A DNA stretch of 63,966 nucleotides, counting the filler, from Pelomyxa schiedti (Eukaryota; Protista; Evosea): the NCBI GenBank assembly GCA_020536535.1. It is 7 parts of 7 records of this genome, joined end to end, with 100 filler letters (N's around TTAATTAATTAA, not from the genome) between each part and the next. Parts side by side here need not be neighbours in the genome. Positions count along the whole stretch, not along the records: positions 1 to 13,957 come from JAHLWZ010001179.1; 6 more parts are not named here. One strand, given 5' to 3'. The translations under genes and the position numbers were made by a program. The notes below the pieces were generated by a model that saw nothing but the letters and a program-made list of their open reading frames with translations, was not told the origin of the DNA and ran no database searches. This document shows positions 1 to 13,957 of the stretch, piece after piece (the first letter of the stretch is position 1; each line of letters opens with the position of its first letter).

Positions 1-726
1 TGACCCTTGAGTTGATCCTCATTGGATTGCACAAGCATCACGGCGTGTGATGGAACCATTTTGCTGAAGCTTGTTGCTTTGACTTCCACATCAAAGCGCC
101 CAACATGAAAACAGACTGGACTTGCTTTCTCTGACGTCAGGTCTGCAATTGTAAACGAAACACCGTGATCCTTCCCTCTCGCTTGCATGTACCACCTCCC
201 ATTCACGCAAAGGTCGTCACCATCACTCCAAGGCAGCTTCGTCCGAACCCCCCTCGACTCATCATACAGGAAGTTCTTTCCACGTTCATTACATGCAAAC
301 ACCCGGTGTCTGTCAAGCCATCTAGTAGAACAACTTGGAGCATGCTTCTCGGCTCACAACTGACACGCTAGTCGTCATTGCCATCAACAATGGTGCAAAC
401 CCAAATCTGACCAAACACCTCCCCTCTCCGGTTTTGCTCTTCACAACAGCATCCACCACAACCCACCTCGTGCAAGACACCACACACGAATCCCACAATT
501 GCGTGGCGATGTGCCAACCAAACAGCCTCGCCGGAGAATTCACCCCGCACCGCGCAGACTGCGCCGCCACCATTATGGCAACCATTTGGTCTTGTGCCCT
601 CAATCCCCGCACCCTGATAGCCCCAAGCCACTCAGGCGTTCGTGTACCGGTTGTTGTTGGCTCTCTTCGTTCTGGTGCCGGGTCCATCGTCGTGGTATTT
701 GGAAATGTTTGGCGCCTTGTGCTCAT
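1..726 (-). CDS. Lineage-expanded hypothetical protein (AR.Q..A...RCG..SPAR family), 3' end beyond the window edge
   Basis: ORF 322-765 contains RAQDQMVAIMVAAQSARCGVNSPARL. A 43-nt GTCAGT...TAG intron (364-322) joins it to an open frame WLDRHRVFAC...LCVNGRWY running to base 1. The same motifs occur at 13324-13957. Confidence 0.6.
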
Positions 727-869
727 CCTGATTACTGATCCTGATGGGGGATTTTTTGGCTCCACTGATGGGAAAACGAGTCTGGGTGTTCAACTCACAA
801 TTCGATTTTTTGGTTCCAGCCCTCTGCGGACCTTTTCTGCACCGTCGATGCAGCTGGGGCAGATGCGGC

Positions 870-1040
870 TTGTGCGAACCAAACAGCCTCGCTGGAGAAT
901 TCGCCCCGCACCGGGCCTACTGCACGCCGCCATTATGGCAACCATTTGGTCCTTCAGCCCCCCGACCACGCTGGTAGCCCCAAGTCACGGTGGCGTCGGC
1001 GTTGTCGAACAGAGATTGTGGTCGTGGCCGTCGGTTGTCA
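870..1040 (-). pseudogene. Degenerate tandem duplicate of the N-terminal motif region of the adjacent gene
   Basis: About 876-990 is a diverged copy of about 515-640. It has TGG>TGA, a 1-nt deletion and a TAG inside the motif-coding part. Confidence 0.6.
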
Positions 1041-1305
1041 TCGCCTTTGTTTGTTGTGTTGTTCCGTCCATCGTCTCCTGGGCTTGTGGTGGCCGTTTTG
1101 TGACGATGAGAAAAAATACTCCGTGGGTAACAGACGATCAATTCGGGGAAGCTCTCATCGTTAAGGGTTGTGTGGTTTCTGCCTGTCATAACCCAGATGA
1201 ACGCGGCCCACCCCTGCGAGAGGAAGTGCAAACAACAGTACTGGGAAGAATTGTGGGACGGAAAGGTGGTAGCCGGAGTTCCCGATTTTTCCTGTACTCA
1301 ATAAA

Positions 1306-4300
1306 ATGGCCGGGTGTCCTCCGTTGCACGAGCCCCCTCGTCCTTCGATCCAATGCATAATTGTGGGTGAGCTTGTTGTAGTTGTGGGAGGTTCCACTCT
1401 TTCTTAACGGGACTTCCACGGTTCTTATTTTGTAGAGTGAGGCATCGAGTAGGGAGAGACGACAATTGGCAAGTAACAAAGCCCAGTTGGAGGAAATAAT
1501 TGCTCAGGCCGAGCAGGGAACTGCTGTATTTCATATAGAAATTGATCCTGGGCAACTTGTAATTGGACCAGTGATTGGCAAGGGCTCCTCTGGTGTAGTG
1601 CTGAGGTATTATTATTATTATTATATTATCATTACTAATGAATAACGGAAAATTCTAACGGATTTTGTGAATGTAAAGCTCAACTCTGAAATAGGGGCAC
1701 ATATCAAGGAAAAGAGGTAGCTATTAAGAAATACGGCCAGGAAAATCTTGTATGGAACCCCAAGGAGTTCCGAAAGCAAATTGCATTGATGAGGTTTCCT
1801 TTACAATTTACGTGTAATTTGGGTCACCTCATTCCTTTAGTGTAGTGGACCATCCTAATTTACTTACATGTATTGGAGCTTGTACTGCAGACCCAAATAA
1901 TTTATATGTTATTTCCGAGCTCCTACCATATAGGTACCAGTGCTCCAAGTAAATATCTATTGTTGTCAACTTTTTTTTTCCCAGTGTATTTTCCCTGGTA
2001 GAACAAGGTTTGATTCTACAAGCATAAGAAAACTAATTGGAATTACAAAAGAGCCATTGCCTGAGAGTGAAAGAATAAGAATTTGTTATGAAATAGCCAG
2101 TGGCATGAATCATCTTCATTCTGTTGGAATAATACACCGGGACCTCAAAAGTGGCAACATACTTGTAATCTCCAGAAGGGCACCAAAATTTCCTTAACCC
2201 TCTCTCATAGTTGACAAAAGACTTTAGAGTGAGAATTATTGGTACTCACGCTTATAAAATGAAAAAACCGGTCCAATATTCCCAATAGATTTTGATACCT
2301 GTAAATTTTTGTCCAAAAGTGGGCCGATGACCTTTCAGATTGGAACTCGTATCACTCCCTTTGTGTGTCCCTCTATTTTATGCTAAAAGAAATGCCAAGC
2401 GGTCTACATGGCACCAGAGCTTTTTAGCCACGAGAACTACTCAGAAAAGGTTAAATGAAACGTAATACCTCTACTCAAGATCAAATCTGAAGGTTGATGT
2501 ATTTTCATTTGCGATTGGTACGCCTTTCTCCCTTTACTATTATTTACTGAGTTTGTACAGTCATGTGGGAAATCTTCAGTCACAGTGAGCCTTATAAAGG
2601 TGACAACCCCTACACGATACCAGGTTTCTTTGTATTTCTGGGTGAAACTCCTAAGGTTATTAGGTGCTGTTTTATCAGGACAACGACCTCCCATTCTCCC
2701 AGAATTTCCAGCTGCAATAAAAGTTTTACTCAAGTAAACAGTGTTTTGCTTGTTTACTCTCACAATGCGCAGTTCGTGTTGGCAACAGAACCCGGAAGAT
2801 CGACCATCATTTTCAGCGATTCTGAGTTCCCTTTCTGAAATTATCCCTACCCCTGCAGAAGTAGAAAACCATCCAGATCAGTCTTCTTCTCCAAGTACAC
2901 ATCTTTCCGCAATAATGTTACTTACATTTTTAGGTGCTGATAATTTTTTTGTTGTTCTCAATGGAAGGTTGATAAATTATCGGTATACAGCCAATGGTTC
3001 GGTTCCCCTGCATGAAGTCTGGGGCACACCACTGAATTCTGTTTGTCCCCCTTTCTCCACCTCCTGAAAAAAATTTCCCAGTGTCTTCTATTCCAGATCC
3101 CCAAACCACACATAGCTTGTGACTTGGAGTCACAGTCACTTTTTGTCGCAACCGATGGAGAGATACGTGCCATTCAATTTGACTCCGGCCTTTGTAAGTG
3201 GTCTACAAGGCATCAGCAATCTGGATGTTCGTACTCTATGTGTATACATTCCAGGTAGAGGTCTAACAAGAAATTACCCCTGACACCTCAACACAGATAT
3301 CTGATTGTTGGCGGAGACGGGACTGTAACGTGTTTAAATAAGGTTTCAGCTTTAGTTCATCTGGCTGAACTAAAATGAGAAAGCATGACGGGACAAGTGT
3401 GTGGTACACGATTCTGCCTCTCAAGGCCAAGTTCAGTAGACTTGTACAAACTATTGTTCACTCCGGTATTGTCTATGCTGGTGGTCTTGGGAACGTTGTG
3501 CTGTGCGAGCTCAAAACCGGGTCAATAATGGTACCAGGAATTTTCTATGATCGACTTTCTCAAGTTCACAGCATACGATATCATTAGAAACTTCTCTTAG
3601 CCTTGCGGTGTGCCTCTCTTACATTGAAAATCAGTCCGAACTAATGCTGTTCGCCTCTACTGTTGGGTAAGACCCAGCAATACCTCCTGATCGTTTTTGA
3701 TTGTCACTACCTCTAGCAAACTGTGTTCGATTCGATGTTGTTCTGGTACCAACCCAGTACTCAGTAACATGACTTCATTTTCATCTCATTGCATTGTGAC
3801 CCAAGTTGCGCATCCAACTGAATCAGTCCTTTTTATTGGAATCCCTCGTTCCACTTTCAAAGTTGGTAACTTTTCGCTCCACACCCCTCACGCCGTAAAT
3901 AGGTGAGGGCCATAATGAAGTCTTCACTTGCAACTATGTGGCAAGCTGCATGTGAGGAACTTTCTTCTACAGTTATTTCTCTTGCCATCTCCCCCAGAGT
4001 TCCGTCAACCCTCTTTGCAGCCGGAGGTGGCTGTATATATTCATTGGATACACAAACAGGTAGTACTGAATTACATTATAACTTCCTTCACCCTATTTGC
4101 ACCACCCTTTTAGGAAATACGAAGGGGTTACTGAGGCTCCCAGTGATGTTTACAAATGTCCACCTCATGCCGCTAGCCACCTTGTCACCACTCCTTTTCG
4201 TGGGGTATGTCCCTGTTCCCTCCTGATCAATGAATTCCAAACGGAATTCCTTCAATTTCCACAGTGCCGCCGGTGGATGGTTCATTGTTGATGCCGCCAG

Positions 4301-4427
4301 AATGTGCACAGTGCACTATGTAATTACATCACCAGCCAGCACTGTTACGGCAGCAACACCCTTTTGGTCTATGTGCCCTCATGCCTCTGGTTCCCTGCTT
4401 CACTTAAAGCTCAAACTCTTTTCTTAG
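1306..4427 (+). CDS. Tyrosine-kinase-like (TKL) protein kinase with C-terminal PQQ/WD-like beta-propeller region, multi-exon
   Basis: Spliced exons give IGKGSSGVV, VAIKK, DHPNLL, IIHRDLKSGNIL, IIDFD, YMAPE, VDVFSF, MWEI and CWQQNPEDRPSF. The downstream exons have propeller-like blades (LFVATDGEIRAIQFDSGLCKW; VYAGGLGNVVLCELKTG; LFAAGGGCIYSLDTQTG). The start is uncertain. Confidence 0.85.
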
Positions 4428-4610
4428 AACACGTTGTGCTTGGATAACACAGAAAAAAAAAATTTTTTTTGTACAAGAATGGTGTTGGTTTGTGTTGAAT
4501 TGTCACTTGACAAAACTCTACACTTGGGTAGACGCCAGGAGTGACACCAAAAGTGTTGTAAAAGTGGATGTGAACATACATACAAAAAAGTGGATATACT
4601 GATCCTCGTA

Positions 4611-7600
4611 TCACAATTTGGAGAGGTACGAGGGCAATAGCTGCACTGCTGTGCTGGCACTCCGGCGTCTGGTTTCTCTTGCACCTGAGGAGTGACTGGC
4701 TGTGGGAGTTGTGGTAATACTAATGTTACTGCTGTAGCCACTGCTGGCATAGGAGCTCAGAGCTTCTGGCTTTGTGTATCTTATTGTACCAGGAGAGGTT
4801 CTTTGGGAGCTACTGTCAGTGGGATATCTGGGGTTTGTGTTGTTGGCACAGAGAAGGTAAGGGCTTGTAAGGGATCGCGGAGGTGGGTTGCTGGATGGAG
4901 GTGGTGGTGACATGTCCCGGTAGTTATTTTCTGAGGACGCGGCTGTGGTAAGTGTGAGTGGAGGTGGAAGTGAGGGGGGTGGTGATGTTTGTGTGGGTGT
5001 GGGTGACAGCTGTTGGTTGTTGTTAAACAGACCAAGCACGGAAAGGGCTTTTCGCTCTTTCCGTAATGGGGGGCACATTTGGAGTGGGAGATTTGGTGAA
5101 GTGGCGGATCTACTTTCATCAGAACTGCCTGACTCGGTGCCTCCAACTCTGTCAGCTGAATCGGCATGGCGCCGGTGGTGCCTTCGTAAAGAGCTCTCTT
5201 CTTTGGTAGTGGTGGTCTTCTCCACCTGTTCTGGCTCTCGCTCCTCCGCCAAAGGGCGTGTTTTGTGGTGATGATGGTGACGGTGTATGTGTGTTGTTTC
5301 AGTTTCAGGGGAAATTCTGACAGTAAAATCCCCTAATGGAGTTCTGTTGGATTTTTCTTCTCTTTCTCTAATGTCCATCTCAGATACTGTAGACATAGAG
5401 GTGCCATCAACAGAGCCTTCACTGCGAGATAATCCTGAGCCATCACCATCACTTAAGCAGTCTGAACTGGCACGCTCAATCTCGGTCTTCTCAAGTGCAG
5501 GGGTGTCACAGCCTTCCCCAGCTTCAATGATGTTCATGGCATTTGACATTACGGCAAGTGCAGTAGGAGGGAGTGACTCTACCCCACTTGAACCACTCCT
5601 TTTCCTTTTCCCAGGGGTGTCACTGTGCTGGTGGTGCAAGCTGCTTTCTTTGTGACTTGACTCTTTGGCAGAGGCGGATTCCTTTCCGAGGTTGTCGGAA
5701 CTTGTTGCACTTGCACCATCTTTGATGTGATGGAATTCTTCGGTTGGAACTGAACTTTCGAAATGAGGGGTGGTGGGAGAGGAAGGTGGAGGTGTTGGGG
5801 ATGTGTCTGATTGATCTGAAGACTGGCGGTGTGTGTGAGATGCCCTTGAGGTATCTGCGTTTTCACCCCTCCGTATGGGTGGTGGGGATGCGTCTTTTTC
5901 ACTTGCCGGACTGATATTGTGGGATCGTACTGTTCCAAATTGCTGACGGGAGAGGGATGGCACAGTGAGGGAAGGAGAACTGTTGGAAGGAGAAGCTGCA
6001 CTCTCTCGGCGACAATTAGCAAGAAGCAAACCACTGGAAGTGATGTTATCACTGACGGGTTCACTTTGAGATAGTGTTCTCTGAAGTGTAGGACGTGCTG
6101 TCAGGGGGGAGTTTGACGAGTAGTCAGCGATTTTTTGCTGGATGAAATCTGTAGAGATGTGGAGGAGGTGGCGCAGGGGTGGGGGCTTGGTTGATGGAGT
6201 GGGAGTTGTCATTTCAACAGCAGCAAGAGGAACATTGATTCTGTGGACATGTTAGTTCACTCGATGTTATTGAGCCTCTTGAAATACTGGCCCACCTTTC
6301 CAGTGTAGCCATTACTCGGCAAAACTTGATAAAGAACGGCTGAAATCAGGATTAGTGGTGTTAGTTCCAACTGACATAAACTACCTTCTCATCTTGAGGT
6401 ACTTTTGACACTTTACGGAGGTAAGTTCTGCATACATCCTCTATCATAGGCAAATCTCGTGTTTCAAGTTCTTGGCGAGAGGAAACTATTGGTGTGTATC
6501 CTTGCTCGAAGTCTTCAGGAAGGACCTGGTGCCATAAAACATGTAAGTATGTACGAAACGGGAATAAACAAATGTAGGTACCACAAGTTTGTCATACCAC
6601 TCAACAACAAGTTTCCTGTTGGCTTTGATGAAGTCATCCATAACCTTCATATATTCTGTGGTCAAATGTTTGTGTTCAGTCTTGGAAAAAACGAAGAGCA
6701 CAAACCCTCCGACGCACTGAACTCTGCATTGTTTGCCAGAGATTGGAGAGATTTTGTAATCAGAACTAGGGCACGGAATACATTCTTTGGAGGAGGTTTT
6801 TGTAGTAGTCCAAGCTTTGTTGGATTGAGAATGTGAGGGCAGAAAAATCTTAGAAATATGAATCCTGTTCACTTTTGAGTGGGGGTGGCAGAAATTTGGA
6901 ACCTTACCACCAATTGCTATGTTCCCTATTCGTTCATTGAACTTAGTTGTGGCCTCTTTGCGAAGATGCGCACACAGATATCGAAACGGTCTAATAGTAT
7001 CAAAAAAAAGAAAAAAAAAGTAACAAGGATACAATGGAAAAGAGTCGGTAGAGTTGAGAATGGACTGCAGTATGCATTCAGTAGTGTTTGTTAATCGAGA
7101 AAAATTCTGTTCCAAAACTGATGGGTCACCTACGTGTGCAGGGTCGATCTTAAAAAGCAAAAGGTAAGTCTTTAATAACAGCCACGAAAAATGTACCTCA
7201 AACTCTTCAGATGATTCACTCAACTTGCGCATGACTTCTCCAAGAGCAGCTTGTATATATGGCGCCCCAGTAATAGTTGTCAACTGAGGTGGTTTAGATG
7301 TGTTAGGGCTGCAAAAAAATGTACCGCGGAAGTAAGCCTTGTTACAAGTGTATTGGCACGAAATAGAACTTGTGGATCAGCTTGGGAAGATAAGTGACAT
7401 TGATTATTGGTCCGATGGCATACTATTTTCTGATATACTTTTGGTGATCTCAGCCTTGATTATGGGTAGTAGTATTTTCTTGTGGTCCAAAACTCTGGGT
7501 GTATGATTTATTAATTACCCCATTATTAAGTTTGCACTACCTTGCCACACTGATGAGAATTTCCTCTGATGGAGAAGAGGCTTCAGGCTGTTCAAATAAG

Positions 7601-8940
7601 GTCGAAAGACATGTATTTGTTGAAATCAACTGGCATGGTGTCAACCTGGAACTGGACAAGATGGGAAGATCATTTACCTCAACAAGGGGATTGTATTTAT
7701 TTACAAGTTGTTGTTGACGCTTTAAAGTAGCAGCCTTTTCCCACTCTTTTCTCTTTTCTACCAGAGTAGCGGTTTCCTACTTGAAAACATGAGAGATTGA
7801 CTGGAATTAAGAGAAAACGATAGGCACGACACTTGAACACTTGAGGGAACACTTACCTTTGCTCTGGCCTCATCGAGCTCAGCTAATATACCCTCTACTT
7901 TGTCAAACACTTGCATGGACTGCTGAAGATACTCGAGGTGGGCACCCATGAGTGCTCTGGTAAATAGTTAAGATTGCAACAATCAAAAGGAACAAACTTA
8001 AGACGCGTTATTAGCTCGATATCTTTGAGTTTATCAAGGTCAGTTACTTCAGCAATTGATTTAGCATGGACATTTTCAAATTCCTGCTTTTCAGTCACGT
8101 AATCTAATTGCAACTATTTCAATTTTAGTAAGGAGTTTGCTGCCAACAGTAAAATGGGTTCGATACCGAGTAGTGCTTGTGTGGATCCAGCTTGAACTCG
8201 GACTCCTTTAGTTTTGACTTGACAGCTTCAAATGTCTTCTTCTGGTGATCATATTGATGTCTGGTTGTTTGTGCCCGTTTCATGTCGTTGTCAATGAACA
8301 AATTGATAGGCTTTAGAAAACGTTCTTTTATTTTCTGGTCCTGGGGAATATGTTGGTCTTAAGTTATACCAAAGAATTGGAAGGAACCAATTCTTTTCTG
8401 AGGAGAGAAAGCTTCCGTTGAATGGTACCATAAGCAACCAAAGCAGAGGCTTTTATATTGAGATGAGAAAAAGTAAATACTAAAAAGTGTACCAAGAGCT
8501 GGGCTTTTCTTTGAAAAGTGGATATCCAAAGAATACGAAAAGATCGCGTCAGCAATTTGGTCACTTCCAAAAAACATGCCCGCAGCTGTTCACAGTGAGT
8601 TGCGGTTTGCGTTACTTGTGCATTTAGCATTAAGGCTTCCAGACTCACTTGAGTGTTGTTTTGCTTCCACTTTGCTACGTTCACAAGCAGTCATGATTGC
8701 TTTAAGTTGCCCATTTGCCACCTTGAGGTTCTGGAAAGTGCGGCTCAGGTTTGTTGTGTGTTTTACTTTTTTTTTATTAATGCCAAAATCCGTTTTGGCA
8801 AGTAGCATGCCGGCGTTTTACTTTTCAGTTTTATTTTGTTTTATTTCTTGGTCGGCACCCAAGGAGTGCCTTTTAAAACGACTACATACATCAGATAGGG
8901 TGAGAAATGCGGCAGAGTCCACTTCTGATTCAGCATCCAT
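4611..8940 (-). CDS. RasGAP protein with N-terminal BAR-like helical region and long disordered S/P/H-rich tail
   Basis: Contains DPQVLFRANTL, GFIFLRFFCPHILNP (the FLR motif) and LITKSLQSLAN. The N-terminal exons are coiled-coil (HQKKTFEAVK..., LDYVTEKQEFE). ATG at 8940 (MDAESEV). The final exon is the 533-aa low-complexity ORF. Confidence 0.85.
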
Positions 8941-9268
8941 TTTCCCCCACCGTGTGTGAGTGTTGGTTTTAGGCTACGGCTCACCTTGAGGGAAAAAAAT
9001 TACCCACGACCGCGTCGGTCAGGTTTCTCCTTTTTTGATGTTTCCAGTAATCAACGCGTTGATCCGTTGATCACCCTCTCATTGGAAAGTTCAGTCCCGT
9101 TGGAGTCAAGAAGTCACGACGCGGGGCACAACAATCTCGATGTAGCTCAGTGCCCCAAGGGGGAAATGCAACCAATCCGGGGTTTTTCTCTGCTGCCAAG
9201 GTGTCAAGATCTGGAATAATAAATTTATTTCATTTTGTTTTTTTTTTCCCCTAGGACAACAAAGTACC

Positions 9269-10693
9269 ATGACAACTGCCGGTAGACCAACGTGGAATGC
9301 TGCAAAGGGAAGCGCGCACCAAGGCGGTCGTACTTTCATTCCGTCTCAAAAGTACTCGGCTCGCGACATGCCTGGTCGGACACACTTGAAACTACGGTTT
9401 CGTAACTTTTTTTTTTAAATGATTCTATTTTCTTGTTTTTTCCCGTCGTCTTTTCGTTTTGCCTTCACTCTTGAAGTTAATTTGGTTTATTTTGCGCTCA
9501 CGAACGGCATACTACAATTTCACAGGCAACCGGGCCAACATACACAAGAAGAAGTTTCGCGACGTGATTTGGTGACGGAATTGTACATACGCGAGGGCAA
9601 GGATGTGCCTCCTCCTTTAACAACCACCAGCACTTCTCATGATGCTCCCAAATTGTTGACTGCTGCTGCAACTTCCGAAACACCCAAAGGACCTGTTGTT
9701 CCCCCTTCACCTACAACAACTGCTACCACTTCGACTTCGACAACAACTTCTACTACTACATCCTCCTCCACAGCCACTTCTTCACCATCTAGCACAGAGG
9801 ACACTGCACCTGCACCAGCCCCAGAAACAACTTCCACTACCCAAGTAACACCCGACACCGCAGACTCTGCATCCACCGAAACCCATGCCGGTACTAGTCT
9901 TAATTGCACTTTATCTCTTCCCTAACTGTTGTCTCAAGCTTCTAGTACGACTGCTAGCGCAGCTACTAGTGACCCTTCTTCCTCAAGCAAACCAAAACCA
10001 CCTAAGAACATTGACGCTGATGATTCTGATGATGAAGAGCCTGAGGCAGAGGAGACAGCTGCAGTCGAAACCGCACCGCACGATTCTGATGATGATAGTG
10101 ATGGGTGAGCTTATTTTAAATATCTAATGCTAAATTTTATGAGTTATTTAACCACACTACCTTGCCAACTCATGCTCAGAGCCACTCTCTATTATCCCTT
10201 TATATCTTCTTCTCCTTTTCTTGGTATCGTTTTTTAGGGGATGGGTGTTGTTGCATGAGTTGGCAATAGAACATGTATTTCCCACATCCTCGTAATAGTA
10301 TCCCGTTGACAGTAATTAACATGTCCTTCCCCAAAAAAGGTCTTCTAATGAAGATGAAACGGAGGATCTAATGGCCCAATTGGAGCGTATTAAACAAGAA
10401 AGAGCCAGAGAGGCAGCAAGAAGAGAGGCCGAGGACCGACGTGTATCTGACGAGAGGCACGCAGACTCACTGTTGCATAGCAATCCTTTACTTGAACCCG
10501 ATGATGACTTCACAGTAAGAAAAAGGTACAGTGAGCCGTTTCACGTGTTCCGTCTAATCCAGCTCTAAGGTGGTATGACGACGTTGTCTTCAAAAACCAG
10601 ACACGAGGCGAGCCGACACGGAAGAAGAGGTTCATAAATGACACACTCCGGAACGACTTCCACCAGCAATTCCTGAAGAAGTACATTAGGTGA
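9269..10693 (+). CDS. CWC15: Spliceosome-associated protein Cwf15/CWC15
   Basis: N-terminus MTTAGRPTW...[22 protein letters not shown]; [13 protein letters not shown]; LLHSNPLL; C-terminus [11 protein letters not shown]...[20 protein letters not shown]. Confidence 0.95.
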
Positions 10694-10838
10694 CCAAGGA
10701 CACCAACCTCCTAGGAAAAATCAATACCTCAACTTTGGAACACAAGACATTCACAAAGATGTAATAGGGGAAAAAACCAATAAAATGTGGTCTGTTGTTA
10801 TCTTTTCCACAATAGCTGCGTTTGTTTGTTATCTTGAG

Positions 10839-13152
10839 TTACTCCACGAATTGTAATAAGTTAGTGACCAAGCCTTTGACTCTGGCTGGTGGGTTGGTTA
10901 GGTCCTTGAAGGCTTCTTCCACGTCACTGAAGCTCAGTCTGAACTCTTGTATGAGCCACTTACAAACGTCGGTTCTACATGCTAGGGCTGCTTCTCGTAG
11001 GGCGGCATTTCGCCCGGAAGTGACATCGGACTTGGAGAGTAGAAATGTGCTTGTTAGCCACTGAGCAGTCCTGAGATTTTTGGTGCATGCCGTTTGGAAG
11101 ACATTATCAATGCATACATGCGATTTACTTAGGGAAAATGATGACACTAGCCACTGTGTTACATCTGGATGGTAGCATGAAACTGATAGGGCCCGGCACT
11201 TCATGATATCTTCTGGAGTCAGAGCAAACGTTCTTGTTATCCACGAGGCAATACTGATCGATCCAAGCTCACAGGCACAGCAAAGTGCATGGCAGGCAAT
11301 TTCAATTTTATCTCCCACATTTTCAAACGTGGATTCGTCGGCAAGTGAGAAGTGTTCCACCAGCCATTTTCCACAATCCAGGTAGTTACTTCTGCAAGAA
11401 ACGGGAAGAGCCCCGCTGTTTATAGCATCACATGCGGTAAAGTGGTGGCTTTGTGCAAGCCACTTGGCGATGTCAATATTACCATAACAGCAAGCACTTT
11501 CGAGTGTAAACAGATCAGGTGTATATTGTCCCAGCCATTTCGCCTCTGTTACGGAACCGGAAATAATTCTCGTGTGATCGCTTCTTCCAACTGCGGTTGA
11601 AATTTCTTCTGTGGTGAGTTTGAAGTTTTCTACAAGCCAACGAGGGAATGTTAAATCACTGTGATGGGTGAGTGAATTAGCAAGTGCTGTGACAATATCC
11701 TCTCGGGAGATTTTGCTTGGGTGTGACAGCTTTCTTATCAGCCAATGAATAATTTCACTTACTTGGTCTTCCATTTGGCAAAGTGACACGCCCTCCATTG
11801 CACAAGTCCATGTCTGCTCATCAACAGCACCGTCTGGATTTTGGCAGTGCACAAGCCACTCGGCAATGTCTACATAAGCTCCGCTGCAAGAATCCTTCAG
11901 TGAAACTGCAATGGAGGGTATGGTATGGGAATTCTCCAGAATTGGGTAAGAGCCAAACAACCATTTCGCTACCTCAAAGTGCCCGTACTTGCAAGAAGCA
12001 TTGAATACTTTTTGTATGCTCTCTGGGGAGATTTCCTCTTTTTCTGCAAGTTTGGTAAATAGAAGCTGGATGGCTTCCAGATTCACGTTATTTGTACAAC
12101 AGCAGTCGTGCAGAAATTGTGAACACACATTGGCTTTATTCAAAGCCCATTGCATTACTTCAAGATTTCCACTAAAGTCATTGAACGGAATGAAGTCCTC
12201 CTCAGCAGGTTCAAAGTTGAAGTGGTGGAAGAGATAATCTGCAACAGGCAGATGTCCTTGATTGCACGCGTTGCCAAGTGCCCTCCAGTGAAGGTCAACA
12301 ACGTATTCCGGGTCATTTAAAGCAGAGGAAGAGAAAGTTTCTACAAGCCAGTAGACAACGTCAAGGTGGCCAGCTGAGCTTGCCCAAACAACACTGACAG
12401 CGTAGTGACTGGTGTCGAGTTTGCAATCCAGTTCCTCAACCAACCACTGTGCGACTTCCAGTTTCCCACCCGCACATGCACCAACCACAGCCAGTGCAAC
12501 ACCTTCACTGACGAACCTGCACTTGAGCGATAGAGCGTTTGTCATCCATTTGACCAACCCAAAATGACCAGATATGCTTGCAGCTGCAAGTGCATTGCAG
12601 GAATCAGAGTGGGTCATAATATCGTAAACGCTGAATTGAGAAGAGTACCGTGCAAGATACCACGCAATGCATTTGTGAGAATCCGTAGACCTGGCACATG
12701 CCCAAATTGCTTGATGAGGTTTGTTTTCCAATATCTCTAGTAGTTTCCTTTAGGGGAAAAAAAAAAAAGAACAAGTAAGCACTAGACGTAGTGTAACAAT
12801 AATAAGGTATTGTGTGTACAGTGTAAATAAAATACCTGCAACAAAGAGGAATCAGGGGAAAAAGAGCTTCAGCGAGGCAAACGAGTTGCGATATCCAGTC
12901 TGGAAACGTGTTTATGCGCCTTTCGGTCGGACTGTTGCCGGCAGTTCGGTTCTCGAAGATCTTGCCAACAACACGCACGTCATTACGCGAGGCGTGCGAG
13001 GGCGGAATTATTGCACATGGAATCACACTTGACCATACCAAGAACGACAGATCTACGACCCTACGCACTTCTGCACTTCTCCCTGTTTGTTCCAAGATAT
13101 TAAGACTAGAAACGGGGTGTGGATTTCTACCGTGTGACAGTGCATGGTCCAT
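10839..13152 (-). CDS. Divergent ankyrin-repeat-like protein of an expanded family
   Basis: A 630-aa exon has repeated ACxxGxLxVAxWL motifs. The first exon has LVWSSVI...AEALFPLIPLCCR, shared with 59147-61509. Confidence 0.8.
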
Positions 13153-13323
13153 AGTGAGGTTTTTTTTCTTCGTTTGGATCTCAGTACAGTGGTTACACCA
13201 TTGTTGTTGAGGCAAGTGGTTCAATTACTTGTTTCAATTGGCTCGAATTGATTCAAGTGATCGCTTTTACAGGAAACGGAACATGCACACTTTCGTCGGA
13301 CTTGATGTTTTTCTTACGATGCG

Positions 13324-13957
13324 ATGTCGTGCACTGAGGGTGAACAACCTCCCGTTGTGAGCCTCCGATTTACTGCACCCAGGCCCACTCGGTGCCTGTG
13401 GGCCCGCGCCCAATTCGAGGCGCTGAGCGCGGGGGTCGTAGTCGGGCGGTGCGGCGGCCGCAGCCCCGCCCGCTGGCTTCCCTGCGCCCTCGCGGCGGAA
13501 GACATCGGGCGCCGCTGGGTCATGTCGAAGCGCAAGGCCCTAGTCGCGAAGCTGAGGCTGCTGCCCGACCCCTCGACGATAGTCGCCTGGGTCGTCCACG
13601 TCTCCGAGACCGGCGGCGTGCTGGACGTGGCGCCGTGGCGCGTCCGCGGCTACAGGTCGTGGCTGGCCGACACCCTGGTCGCCGTCGGCTTCGACGTCCG
13701 CGCCTGCGCCGGGGGCGCCCCCGGCAACCAGGCCAACGCCAGGGTCGTCGACTTCAGCGGCCCCGAGGCGCCGAGGTGGGGCTGCTTCTTGCGCACGGGA
13801 AAGCACAAGTCCCTCTGCAACGGCAAGTGGGCGCTGCGCGTGGGCGCCGCTTATCTGACGATCTGCGACGTGGACGCGGTCGTCGAGGCGTGCCGCGGGA
13901 CTGGCGCCGACGGGGCCTTGCCGTCCGTGACCCTGGACGTGCGCGGCTTCGACGTGC
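13324..13957 (+). CDS. Hypothetical protein (AR.Q..A...RCG..SPAR family), truncated at contig end
   Basis: WARAQFEALSAGVVVGRCGGRSPARWL ... LCNGKWAL; a GC-rich open frame up to the linker. Confidence 0.7.

Noticed and set aside
322-364. Apparent frameshift in the first gene
   Set aside because: Explained by a canonical 43-nt GTCAGT...TAG intron.
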